A stretch of 64,000 nt of DNA, from positions 11,371,608 to 11,435,607 of the forward strand of contig OZ199838.1 of NCBI GenBank assembly GCA_964304625.1, written 5' to 3'. Positions 40,122 to 53,724 of the stretch are shown here, one piece after another; the stretch's first letter is position 1, and every line of letters starts with the position of its first letter. The position numbers and the translations under genes are program-made. The notes below the pieces were generated by a model that worked only from the letters and a program-made list of their open reading frames with translations, was not told where the DNA came from and did not search any database. Source of the DNA: Kudoa neothunni. Lineage: Eukaryota; Animalia; Cnidaria.

Positions 40122-40623
40122 GTGCAAACTGGACAATATGACATAATGGTGTTAGGTATGACACGCACATTATGAGGTTGTGAGTTCAAAACCCATTCCG
40201 AGAGTTCCTGCACTCCCAACCCCAAATTGAGTAGAAAGGCTATAATAATCACAGGGATCTACAGTTTGTCGTGATCTTGCTTGCAGTTGGGAGGGGAGCC
40301 TGGCCGAAGGGTAGAACTCAGATGCTCATAAACGTCGGGGTACAGGAACGAAATAAAACCCTGTAGGGGGTTTTCGTAGAGCCAACGCTCACATTCAGGC
40401 GGCTCTCCTAGACCAATTCTGGATTAGTCTAGGGTATGGTTAGGGGTGGTGGTTGCTCGAAAACCGAGTATATTTAATGTGTTAAAATCCCACATTGCCG
40501 CGTAAACGTAAGTCGTCCTAATTTGACGATGCGGTGCCTACAGCGTAAATGAAAAAGACCTAACCAGTCGAACTTCACAACCTAACAAATTGTACCAGGG
40601 GTTTGACTTTGTAAACAAAAAAA
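40122..40623 (+). mobile_element. tRNA-derived SINE, same family as 4067-4565
   Basis: Colinear with the reverse complement of 4067-4565 over its whole length. A-box-like tgacataatgg (40139-40149), B box gttcaaaac (40184-40192), A-rich tail. Confidence 0.85.
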
Positions 40624-41636
40624 GCTAATACGTAGACACATTAAAAGCGCATAAAAAATACTTTAGAATAAAGATAAAAGAATTATGGAAATTAATTTAG
40701 GTTGGTTTGTGATTTGAATCATATTCCAATTGTACATCTATGTAATAATCTCCAAAAATATTGTCATGATATGTATCGTATGTTTTCTATATTGTTTTAA
40801 GTTTTTCATATTTTTCGATCGTTTATATTTCTATGGGACTAGGAAGATGGGTTGAAAGTTTAACGCATTTATGTCTCGTTCTACGTTGATCTAATTTTTT
40901 TAATTATTGAATATATTTACGCATTCCAGTGTGATATTGGTCAAAAAGGAGCAAACATGTCTGTTGAACATTTTTGCAGAGTTAGATGCTAATTGGACAT
41001 TTTACATTGGTTTTTCAAAAGCATTCTATGACTCTGTTAGATTTTTACGATAAAATCTTTTTGGGGAAGGGCTAAATTTATTAATATTATGATCGATACT
41101 CAGGTATAAACAAAATCACGAACAACAAATTATTTTTCATTATTGAGGCAGTTTTCAGAGTTTCATAATAATATATTTATGTTTTGATACTTCGATCATT
41201 TTTTTCTTATCAGCACTCTGCGAAAGGAGAGAAATTAAGTACTCCCTATCTAATTGTCACCATAAGAATTTATTTTTTTAGGAGTAATTAAATATTTTCT
41301 TCCAAAGCCCCTTTAAAATGTATAAATCGAAAATTTGTGGGAGTAGAGTAAATCCCACACTACTTGGGAGAACCAAAATAACTTGTGTAGAGTTAAAATT
41401 TGGCAGTAGAGATTTTAAAATAACCTCAGCGAATTAATGTATAATGAACTAACAGATTATTATAAAAAAAATAACAATCTAATGCGGAACAAATGTGATT
41501 ATTATTTCACGTAATAATCTCGAAAATATATCATTATAAAAAATTCGAAATAGAATGAAACCATCAAGAAAATTTGTTGTCACTATTTAATATTACATTT
41601 ATAATTTAACTAACGCGGTTAGGTTGGTTGGAAGAT

Positions 41637-42924
41637 CTAATCCTCAAATCTAAATAGCTTATAGTTAGTGGTTATGTCAAACAAAGATTTACGCCCTTGT
41701 GATGTTTTCAAAAGTCACTCTCCTTTTTTTATTCAATTTATTCTCATTTGCACAATCGGCCCTTAAATTTGTTACAATAGCACACATTTTACTCTAAAAA
41801 GATCAAATGAATTGCATTTAAGATTTTTTATGAAATACAAGGAGACTTTTATTATTCAGGGATTTGAGGCGTTGAACGAGGTCAATTGTGCAATTCTGAG
41901 ATTCCGAAGAAAGGTGGTTGCTAAAGAGATTGTCAATACAACGAGCGGAAACAAAAATTACTCCTTAATATATAAGGAAAAATTAACACTTGCTCGGATC
42001 AACCCCTCAAAAAAGGATGTGGCACCAGTAATTACTGCCTATTGAGTCAAACCATAACAATCCAAAAGAACAACTTATAAAAATACAATAAAATTAGAAT
42101 CACAAGGCTCAGGAAGTAGTATATCGTTGATGGTTTCCAAAAAATAATTACTCAAAGCTGTTGGATACTAAATCTAATATGTTATCGCCAACAAACAACG
42201 ATTTCTACCAGTTCAGTTGTGGTATCATAATCTAAAGGGTATTTCTGAATTATTCGAACAAATTCTTTGTAGCTGTAATAGGGGAGTAAGTGCAACAATA
42301 ATGTGTCCTAGAATTACATTGAATTTTGATTATTTTTGACAATAAAATTAACGAAGCTCTGTACAACTCCTTTGAATAACTAATAATTTACACTATAAGT
42401 TAAAATCTACCAAACAATTGGAATACATTGTAATATTTGTTCACACGAAATCGATCCACGTTAGCCCATTCTCGAGCCATTGTGGAAAAAAAGCATTCCA
42501 TATATACCATTGCTACTGAATTTTGTTCTATTTTACAAGTGATATTGGCTATTAGAATGACAACTTCATTCTTGAAGAGAAATTATCGATTAGAAAGTTT
42601 TATTTTTCAACACTATTTAGACTCGAAAATACTTGCAACTGCACCTTGTCGGTATTCCATAAACAATAAAAAATTCCTTTCCATAATATCATCATCGGTA
42701 GAGAATCCAATTCTAATTAATTTGGAAAAATAGAATAAATATTATACAAATAAATCGTGATATTCAGCTGAAAGCATGTGAAAGTAGCGATGGGGTTTTT
42801 TACCTGTCAAGGTGGATAGATAATTTATTACACATTCCAAATTTTGTTGGCGTTCAGTTTCATCACTACTTGCCAACTTTTTGGCGTAGACAACTTCCAC
42901 GCGTTGATCTTCCAACTCACTCAT
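41637..42924 (-). CDS. RRP1: Ribosomal RNA processing protein 1 (Nop52 family), multi-exon
   Basis: MSELEDQRVEVVYAKKLASSDETERQQ...|ELDSLPMMILWKGIFYCLWNTDKVQLQ|NEVVILIA...FFSTMAREWANVDRFRVNKYYN matches the Nop52 signatures WKGLFYCMW.QDK and REW.GID..RLDKFY. The 3' end is approximate. Confidence 0.9.
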
Positions 42925-43804
42925 GGTCCAAATAGTCGGCTGTTGACGGCAAAAGAGTTTCAGCTGCTAATAGCTTTTTCATTTTGTTCAAGCATCACAA
43001 TGTACTTTTGAATTGAAATGGTATTAATTCAACGTTTTCTAATGTAAATCGTTGTTGTGTAGGGAGTGAACTTGTTTCTGTCCTTAGTTAGAATATTTAT
43101 AATAATTGTTTAGGTTTCTTGGATAATCAAACAAAACCGTAAGACATTTCATCAAATAGAATCATTCGAATATTTTATTCACATTTTTATTTTAAATAAG
43201 AACGTTATAATTAACTTTCTATGTTTTCATGGTACAACAAAAATTATTCAAAAAGTGTATTAATAATTTTTTTTAAGTTAAAATTTTGTCTAGTGAATTT
43301 TATATACAATTTAAGTTTAATGTTATTAAATGAAACGTAAATCATACATTAAGTTATAAATATTTTAAGTTTATGATAAATTCAGAGACCGCTTTTACGC
43401 AAGTCGAATTTTACAAATTTAAAAAATAATTAAATGTAAATAATTAAACGTAAAATCTAAATCTAAATTATATATCGGAGTTAAAAATTTTCTACAATTA
43501 ATCCGCGTGACTACATGGTTGCGCACCTTTCCTTGTTACATATTTAAAAACGGATATATAATTTTTGAAGGATTGAAAAAAGCCATTTACATGCCGTACT
43601 TACACAATTTATTTAGTGGAATTTAAGATACCATACAATTTTGACAAAGATATTGATCGCTGAAGATATCGTATTTGGCGAAAAAGGGTACGTTAAAAAT
43701 TCGTTCGACTATTTTTCCTTATATCAAAATAATAAATTATTTTAATTTGAGCGGAAAATAATATTCTTCCCCAAAACTTTTTTCATGTAAACGCTTATGG
43801 CTAA

Positions 43805-44841
43805 AGTATGGTATAATGAGTTGGCTTCGGGTATTTACGCGAATCTACGTATTAGCGCTAGCAGTCAAGGATTTTTCCCTCTCTAACGTTGATTCAATGA
43901 TTCTAGAAGATATATATTTATTGCAGAGAAATCATGAAAAATTCGTATGGTTTTTACAAAGCTTAGGATTGCTTCCAAAAGAGCGGATTCGTGAAAAGTG
44001 TAATTTACAGATGAGACAAAAAAAAGATCAAGTAATTGATGGATATGGCTTCAAATGTATTGGATGTTGAAGAATATTAAGCCTTCGTGAAGGAACTTTT
44101 CTGAAAGTTCAAGCTATTGTTATGGCAAAGATTTATGCTAATATATTTTTGTTTTTGACATTCAAATGTCGTATAACATGTGCATGAAACAATCATAAAT
44201 GGGTTCGAGAGAAACAATAATTAATTGGAAAAACCATATGAGAGAGATCTACGTAGAATATTCCAATTTAAATCGCGTGATTGTGGGAGGTGAAAATGTT
44301 ATTGTTCAGATCGACGAATCGAACATATGCAAGAGAAAATACCACCAGGAAGAGTGCTAGTGAATCAGAATGTGTGGATTGTCGATGAAAACAACAACAT
44401 TTTTCAAGTATTGGCCGAAATGAGAAATCAGTCTACATTCGAATCCATAATTACTCAATATGTCGCTCGTGGATCAATAATATGGGCTGACAAATGAGAT
44501 GGCTATAACTCTCCTGAGTTTTTGGGTTACGTGCACGAGCCCGTAAATCACAGTATTGAATTCAAAACCGTTGATGGCGCGCCACAAATAAGATCGAGGC
44601 TATTTGGGGAGCAATCAAAAGAAAGTTCCGCCACCTAACCAAAGAGGTGTCACACTTGATGAGATCGTACTTATCTTACTACCTATTAAAAAAAATTAAA
44701 GATGAGAGACTTTCTACGTATATAAAAACAATTAACGAAATATATTTACACCAGAATTTATTATTATCGTTATTTACAAAATTAATATCTTTCATCAGAG
44801 TGTTGAAGAAAGTATCCGAAGCCAACCCCCTATTCCGTACT
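43805..44841 (+). mobile_element. Merlin (ISXO2/IS1016-like DDE) transposon, transposase decayed
   Basis: Interrupted frames give FLQSLGLLP, DGYGFKC, SLREGTF, VGGENVIVQIDES..KRKYH, GSIIWAD, GYVHEPVNHSIEF and NKIEAIWGAIKR. Imperfect TIR: aagtatggtataatgagttggcttcgggta against the reverse complement of 44810-44842. Confidence 0.9.
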
Positions 44842-45937
44842 TTAATCAACGTTTATTATTATTTTGCGAGAAATTGTAATTCTCAAGCAGCAATTTACGT
44901 CATAATATGATGCACGCGCGCATATTCGAAGAAACAATTGAGTAAATTATTACAATTTTCAAGTTTATGAATCACATTCGTATCGATGATGTTTACGAAA
45001 TTTAATAAGTAAAAAGTGATATACACAATTTTTAAGGTCTTATTTTATTAAATTTCCTATATTTGATTATTGAGGAAAAATTGAGACTATTGTCATCTTT
45101 TATCAATTATAATATTATAGACTAATTTATAAGTATCATTTATCTGGTGTAAATTCCATAAGGGACTAAATATAGATGTGGGTAATATAGAATTAAAGAC
45201 TAAAAATATCGATATGAAACAGACAAGAATAGAAAAGGATTTTGAAAAAACAATATAAAATAAAATTGATATTCTTCTAATGCAGCAGTTTATTTTCTGT
45301 TTTATTTTCCAATGGTTTTCGCAAGTTACACCTAGTGCCAAATTGAGGTTCGACTGAATACGTAAATATCTACTCAGACACCACAAACCCGTCGAAAGTA
45401 GAGTAACGCACGAGACGATAATGTATGGTTTTTAGTAATGCACATCGTCCCAGAAAAGGATATTAACTCTACAGATGGAATTTGATATTAGTGATTTTCT
45501 ATATGTAAATGAAAAGATGCATGTAGTCTAATTCTGAAAACGCGATATCTCAAGATCTTTGAGAGTTGGCGTAGCGAACGAACGTACGAGCCGCCAGTTG
45601 CTAAAGTTGGTCAGAATACCACTTGACAATTTGAGCCATTAGCGTTTTTTTAAATTTCTTAATGTTCAACTGGACTTTTAGGTTTAAACATCTCATTGAT
45701 GGAATAGTTGATCATCGCCTGCTATACGGTGCCCTTTGAGGTTGTTTAACCGATTTTTCACCAAAATCAACCAAATCCAAACATCATAGACATCAGCCAG
45801 AAAGAACTTGTGATCCAGCATTTTTAACAAATAGACGAGTTTTCCCATATAAAAAATTAATATACACAGTTGTTATCGTTCATTTAAGTTCAAAAAAATT
45901 CTCTTACGCCCGACATAAATAAGCTTATTATAATAAT

Positions 45938-48014
45938 CAGACAAAGCGCCTTCGTGTATTCATTCGTGTTCGTATTTTCACGAATTAAAAACCATGCCTA
46001 AAGTTTGGCACGAAATATGAACGAAATTTATTTTATCTATAAATTTCTGGTACGAATCGCGAACGAAATCATATTCATGGATTTTGTATGAGGAGGTTTA
46101 ATTTTTGAAATATATCGAAATTATGACTCCGTAAATTTTATACTAGTTATAAATCAATCCCTAAGAAAATAATATCAAATATCTTATGTTATTTATGTTG
46201 CAAAACTGTATTCTTAATAATTTTTCTCAATTTTAATTATACATTATATTCAAATCGATCTAGTTGATTCCAGAACATATAAATTTATTATCATAATTTC
46301 TAAAAATCGTGAGCGTGGTGAAAAAATTTAAGGCGTCATGTCGATAGATTTAAACGACGAAATAATGAGATTTTCTATGAAGAGAAACTTCTAGAGCTTG
46401 TTACTACGTAATTAATGTTATGGTTTGATAGGAACATAATTTTTATGAGGTTGTATTTCAGAAGACGTTTTTTCTATATGCTTATTTTATTTCAAACCGA
46501 TAAAAATATAGCTAAACGATCTATTGCATTTTATGAGAATAATAAAGTCAGTTTGGGAGATTTCATCTCCATCTTTGGTAAATGTGAATTGAAAATTATC
46601 TCATTCCTTTGTCCTAATGCTAGACATTTTCCATGAGTAGAGAGCATCATTATTTCAACCTTTTTTTACATCGTCAGTATTCCGGAAGAACATTTCAAAT
46701 AGGGGTTTAAAAATGTGAGCATCGAGACTATCGAATATTCGAAATTTAAATAATGAGGGAGTAATTCAAATTTCGGAGGATTAGCTGAAACAACGTGCAT
46801 TTACATCCAATATGTAAGCAAACTAGCGTCAATAGCTCAATGTCGCTCGGTATCGAAAATATTTAGATTAAAAAATCTCTTAAAACAACTCGAAAAATAT
46901 GACGATCCGTTCAGTTAACGTGTTAAAAATTTATGTGTGCTTTTTACTAACATTATAAAATAGAAAACCTAAAATACAATAGTTAATCGTGAAAATATTA
47001 AATCAGATTAAATATAAATTTATGAGCCATATAAGCACAAAAAATAAGGACAACTATGATGTATTTTTATGCAATATCTTTATTAGTCGCCATTTTTACG
47101 GCATTTTTGTATTTGGTTGTATTTAGTCTTTTATCTAATAAATATTGAAAAATTAATTGATGAAAATGTGAATTATAAACTAGTCTAACTCCTTCTAATG
47201 CAACTAAATTGTCACCTAAAAAATTTATAAACTAAAAAATGAATCAATTAATTGAGATAACTTTGTAAAAAGTTTATAGTACATATATAAATAATAATAC
47301 AATAAATATTTTAATATTATTAAATGTGTGAAGCTCACTTAAATGGTTGAATCATATAATTTTGAAAACGAAAAATTATCAAAAATGTTTTTGAGTCGTA
47401 TAATTAATTTAGAAGTTAATGTAAGAACAATGGAGTGAGTTATCATTGGTTTTTCGAAATTTAACGAAGATTTTGCAAATGTCGATAATATTGTATTCGG
47501 GATTTGGAAGCAAAATTAGAAGTTATAAAAATTAGCTGAATCATTGCTTTTGAGATTCATTTATTTTATTATGAACAATCGCTTAAGTACAGGTTAAAAA
47601 TAACACTCAAAAGGTTGTTTTTACATTCTTAATCCTACCGTATTACTTGATTTAGAACCAAATTGCTTCAATTTTAATAAACACCTACTAATCTAAATTC
47701 TCGAACTTAAAAGATTATCGTGTGTTTTTGAGAAATTTAATTAAAATATTCACTATAAACAAGATACGACTATAATCAATGAAATCCCAAATGCTAATTC
47801 GACCCTGTGAGTTCATACTAATATTCTCAACATGGTAATCAAAAAGTCCATTTATACGGAAAAAGTATCTTGATACTCGATTATTCAAACAACTTATTTC
47901 AAACTGTCAGGGTGGCGCGAACACGAATGAAACACGAAATAATTCATAAATTGGCCACAATGTTGTCACGAACACGAACACACAAAATTTTCACGAACAA
48001 AAGTGTATTGTCTG
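45938..48014. mobile_element. Non-autonomous hAT-like element with reiterated CACGAA subterminal motifs
   Basis: Ends cagacaa ... ttgtctg, flanked by an 8-bp direct repeat ataataat (low complexity). Clusters of ttcgtg/cacgaa at both ends. Confidence 0.65.
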
Positions 48015-48565
48015 ATAATAATATATTGGGATGTGTGCTTGGATAGTTTATCACGACTTATAGTATAATTAAATGGAATTAAAGTGTTATTCGAAAAGTT
48101 AAAAAAAAGTATTTTCCCGATTTAATATATATTTATGAGATTCAATTAATACTATTAAAGATAAAAATTAGAAAATTTTTGTTGAGGTGGGGATATACAT
48201 TTGGTTAAACTCAGCTTAGTTTTGTAAGCAGTATTACGGTGACGTCTCGGAGGAAATTTGGATTTTAGAAGAAATTGATTATAATTTTGCAGTCCTAATA
48301 CTTTTATTATGTCTAACATAGGTATGATATTACAAAATATTTTTGGTTGAATATGGGCGTAAGCATTAATATTCTAAGAGTGTTTTTTTAAATAAAACAA
48401 TAAAAAATTTGCATATTTTAGGATTAGATGAGAATTAACTTAATTTTTGGATTCAGAAAGATTATATTTTTATGTAACATTATATTTATATTATTTAATT
48501 TAAAAATTTCCATTTCTCAGTTGGTTAGATATTTTAGTTACTTTTGGTTGTTTGAAAGAATAATA

Positions 48566-49170
48566 CAGTCAGTGGCTAGTTATATATACACACGTCCGAT
48601 TTTCCGCACTTTTTTAAATAAACAATACAATTTGAATAATCAAATGTACAATCAATATATATTATTGTTTAAATGTTTTTATTAAAGAATTGGGATTTAA
48701 ATAATATATTAAGGCGGAGAAATTTCCAAATTGCCAATCACGTGACTGACCGGTTTTACGCAATTCTTTGGGATGTTTTTGAAAAAATAGATGAATTTTA
48801 TTTAATATTTGGTAAAATTAAATGAAATTAAATGAAATGTCAGTATTATTATATAAAAATCTAAACTTATAAAATACTAAACATATCCTTCACATCAAAA
48901 CCTAATGGCATTTTACAAACAAAAATAAAATAGTTAAAATGATAGAGAACAAACCGTTTATTGTTGTCATTTACTAATTTAGTATAATCAGTTTAAGAAA
49001 TTATCCGATTTTGACAAAAAAGGATCGATCGATCATGTTCGCAATGTTAGAGAAAGCTATATTTCAAATTCTTTGAACGAATTTTTTTAATGTATGCAAA
49101 TCAATTACATTTAATAATTACCCATATTATACGCGCGCGTTAAGAAATGCGCGAAACCGGCCACTGACTG
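48566..49170. mobile_element. Tc1/mariner-type MITE
   Basis: ta-cagtcagtggc ... gccactgactg-tg: 11-bp perfect TIR that extends imperfectly. Confidence 0.7.
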
Positions 49171-52100
49171 TGTATTAAGCAAGTGAATTTTCCATTTTTA
49201 ATGCATCAAAATTAGGAATAATTTTATAAAATATAAGTTAAGAAGTTATGATACTTGATTGTTGTTGGAATTTTTTAAAGTAGATGATATTATTTATAAA
49301 CTTTTATTTGTTGGATTAAACTTTTGGTGTAATTAATATTCTAGATATTGAAAAATGAACCAACGAAATAAATGATAACGGCCTCTTTGACACACTTTGA
49401 TTAACCTTAATCGTGTTGTATAGACTGCATTCGTAGTTAGAGGAGAAAAATATTTCGTTAAATTTAAAACCGGATTATATTTAAGGTCTGACTTGAATAA
49501 AATTAGTCTGAAGGTTAACATAAAATAAGAGAGATTAAGTTATAAAAAATTGATATCTAGTAGTAATAATAATAAAGAATAAAATTAAGTATTGTATTTT
49601 GATTAAATGTTAAATCTAGTTTTAACTTTTCATCTAAAGAAATTTTCTTTTTTTAGTGATAAACATTAGAATTTTTCAAATTAAAATAATAATAATAATA
49701 ATTCATTTAATATATAAACAAGTTCAATTAAAAACTATGTTTGTTTCGTTAACATGTTTCCAAAAATACATAATATTTATATATGAAAATAATTTTAAAA
49801 ATGTTTATTGGTAATTACAAATAAAAATAGAGTATAGTGATAATGCGAAATTGTGGAAAAGAAAAGGCAATAATTTCCTGAAATGATTTAATTTTAATTT
49901 GTAAACCCTTATGAAACAGTTTAGAAAAATGATAGTGATTGATTAAATTTTTTCTGAAACAACATTGATTTATAAACAAAGTAAAGCATTGGGTTGACTT
50001 GTGGAAATCTTTTTATTTTTAAAAATTTAGACTAATGGAAAAATAATATTGTTTGGTTTGAAAATTAAGATAATTAAATTTGTTGACCAATGAAGTTACG
50101 TTGAATATTAAGGATGTAATATGTCTTGATTTATATATTCCTTTAAATGTTAAAATTATCACATATCTTCCTTATAATAGACAGATATTTATTTGAATGA
50201 CACCAATAACTCGACTGTGAAATTCATGAGTCCATTCTAAGTTATATCGTTAATAACATATGTCACCCTTAATTTTCATAATAATACAATGAGATAAATT
50301 TTATTGCCTTATATTATCACTACTAGTAAAATACCCTTAGAATTCTTAGTTTCTTCGTTTCAACGTTTTCATTTAAGTTAATTACTTTTAGCCAGTAACA
50401 AAGTAGCTAATAAAAACAGTATATTGAAATTTTTATATTATTAAATATCGTAACATCAAATAAATTCTCGATTTTATATTAAAAATAAACTTGAATAAAA
50501 TAGTAATTGAGTATATTATTTATACATATCCGATTTATTTTATTTTAAAGTAATTTTACATATCTATAATACATATTAATGTCCGTTAATAGTGGAGGAA
50601 TGTTCTGTAGAATCATTCAAATTTCTCGCGCATACATACACCTTAAATATTAAAAGTCTATCTACTGTTTGTTATACTCCTCTATTGACAACAGTCGTTG
50701 ACTGATTGGTAACGAATAGATAATTAACATAAATTTATTTAATAATTAACGAGTCGTAATAACTTAACTCTATTATAATAATATTTCTGATTAAACCTTC
50801 AATTAATAACTTAATTACAACTTAGTTACGTTTTATTTATTGTTTTAATGCGGGACTTTCATATTATTTGAAAAGAAATCATTATACATAATCTAATAAT
50901 TTAAATTTATTAATTAATTAATGCGTGTAAAAATTATTTTTATGACATGCTATTGACGCGGTAAATTTTATTATTAAACTGCATGCATGCATTATGCATG
51001 TACAATTGAAATTTTTAGCCTAAGAAACTTTTACTCAAAAGCTATATAACAATATAATTTTTTATCATCTGGTATACTGAATTATTTTCGGCCCCTAAGA
51101 GTAAAGAGGTGGGTCAAAAATGATTAAATATAGTAAAAGCAATGACACTTGAATATTATTTACCGTGTCAATAGTCGTTTCCTTTTTGTATTGGGTTGAT
51201 TTTTATGATAAGTCCAGCTCTGTTCTAGTGATTAACCTATTGAAAAAATAAGAAATTTAATGCTCTCTTAGGACTAACAAAATTCTTTATTTTTACCTCT
51301 TCTATGCTCTGCATTTATACACATATATGTCTTAAGGTAACAGTTTCATTAAAATCTTCTGTATGAAGTATGATCGAATTTTCCTGTAAACTCAGTTATT
51401 TCATCGTTAAATTCAACATCGAATATATTTATTACAGTTAAAAAACCTTTTCTATAACAACCAACTGTTGTTTAAATTGCTATATTACGCCAAGACTATA
51501 TTTTTAACATCGTTCGCGAAAAATCTGGTAAAAATGTGTTAATATCGCCATCAATTAAAAAATGCGATTTTTAAAATTATTATTTTGTAGCTTAACATAA
51601 AAGAGTAAGTTATCAGTTGATTAAGAGGTTGCCAGATATTTGTTAAATTTTACGAAACATACAAGAAAAATGTAAAATTTGATTTTATCTTGGAATTAGA
51701 GCTATCGATGAATTTTGGAAAAATTTTTATTAACGATTTGTACCAACTATTTAAAAAATAAGGTATCTCATAAATATTTCACCCGCCATTCTCTCTATTT
51801 AAACTCGGAATGAATAGGTATATTTTTCATACTTATATCATGGATTCGTTTAATGACTAATGAACGGATTTTTTGCTCTTTTTTACACGTTAATACAGAT
51901 AACAATCTAAAAGATCATATTTAGGTCATAATTCTTGGTGTAATTTTGTATCCAAGTGCGAAACAAAATTTAACTTAGAAAATTTAAACACAATATAATA
52001 ATAATTCGACTTTTTTGTTTATCAAATGGAATAAATTTATCTAAATTGTACAAAAAATCAGAATATTACGGTTTAGTTATATCACTCTCTTTATAATGCG

Positions 52101-53039
52101 AATTTTAGTAAAAGTTTTGGGTGTATACAAGATTCCCATGAAAAGTGATATTCCTAAATGAAAACGCGATTTTAATCACGAGTTCACAAAAACCTCATAA
52201 ACCGGTCCATTGTAAACTCTCTTATTTTATTTTTCATGATATTTATCAAATCATCTACAATAAATTAGCTTTTTGGCTCTTAAAGAATTTACCCAATCAA
52301 AGCTATAGACTCAAAAACATTATTTGATCGTATATTGAGTTTATTCGTATAGATTAAACTAGAATCCCTTTACATTAAGAGACTACGTAATCTTTTTGCT
52401 CTAAGTACTATACAAAGTCATAATTGAGGCTAAATTAAAATTACGAAAGGTTTAATTTAAATTATACCAACTGAATTGATAACGCTCCAATACTTATTTT
52501 ACGAATAATCACTCTACAACTAACTTAGATGATCACAAAATTAGCCTTTATATTTATTTATTCGTAAATACATGAAAGGATAATTAATTCCACCGTTTGT
52601 GTAAGTACTTTATCATTATAGATCAAAAAAATTCTCCAGTTAAACATTATAAGTTTAAAACTTTACTTTTGAAACTCCTAAGTTTTACTTATTCCCTCCT
52701 TTGCAATAAAGACTCACATTATTAAAAACTGTAAATATATATCTATTTTATTTTATTCCATTATATAATTATATAGTATCCAAATTTAAGTTTTGTTACA
52801 TTATAATTTTAAATTTTATACGTTATAAGTATCTGAAAGTTAGCTATTTTCCAATATGTTATTGCTTCAATCCCCACCTCATATATTATTTTGGTTATTT
52901 ATAATTATTTTTTAAATAAAAGTTCGTAATATAAGATAAATGAGTAAAGAATATGAAGTCAATTTTATTATAATTATTAGAAAGTTAATTTAATTAATTA
53001 AGCTCGTGTGGTAATTATGTCCAGAATATACATTCTCAT

Positions 53040-53290
53040 ATTTACCTTAGATTCAGCCCAAGTCGAATGAAGTATTGCATTCTTCCAATGAATCTGATTG
53101 AGCGTATGTTTAACCACATTCAGTTCGCTAGGTTTAGGAGTGTATACAATATAAACATACATTTCGAACCTCTAGTTCTTTATAGTCAACTCGCTCAGTT
53201 GCAAACTTAATGCGAATGCACCGACGACAAAATCACTTCATTTTAAGTTCAAATCATTGTCAACTTGGGTGACCATCTTCATCTAATAAA
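53040..53290 (-). CDS. Possible exons of an unidentified gene or pseudogene
   Basis: GC-richer island with two segments ending in good donors (gtatgt, gtaaat): FCRRCIRIKFATERVDYKELEVRN and ELNVVKHTLNQIHWKNAILHSTWAESK. The phases do not join cleanly. Confidence 0.25.
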
Positions 53291-53724
53291 ATAATTGCTC
53301 AGCGGCATAAATCACTTAATTAATTTGGATATCACCATTTTACTTAAATTAAAATAATTTGTTAATAACAAACAAACCAATTGATTAATATTATCAATAC
53401 AGATTAGTTAAAATAATAAGTTCGACATCCGCTTGCATCGGATACCTCATGATAGTCATGCAAAAGACGTATACAACAACTCTTTTAATTAAATAATTAA
53501 ATGCCTAATTTAAAAATGAAGATAAAAACTAAATGATATCCCTGGTTATTATCTTTTATTACAATAACATAAATTTTGCTAGATAATAAATTCTTTATGT
53601 TCTGAGAATCGCTAGTTAAATACAATAAAATGTTGCATACAAATTATTAAAAAGTTAAGCATGTCTCAATGTTTTACCAAAAAGATTCATCCGAACTTTT
53701 ACCTTTCCGTTTCATGGTCTAATT

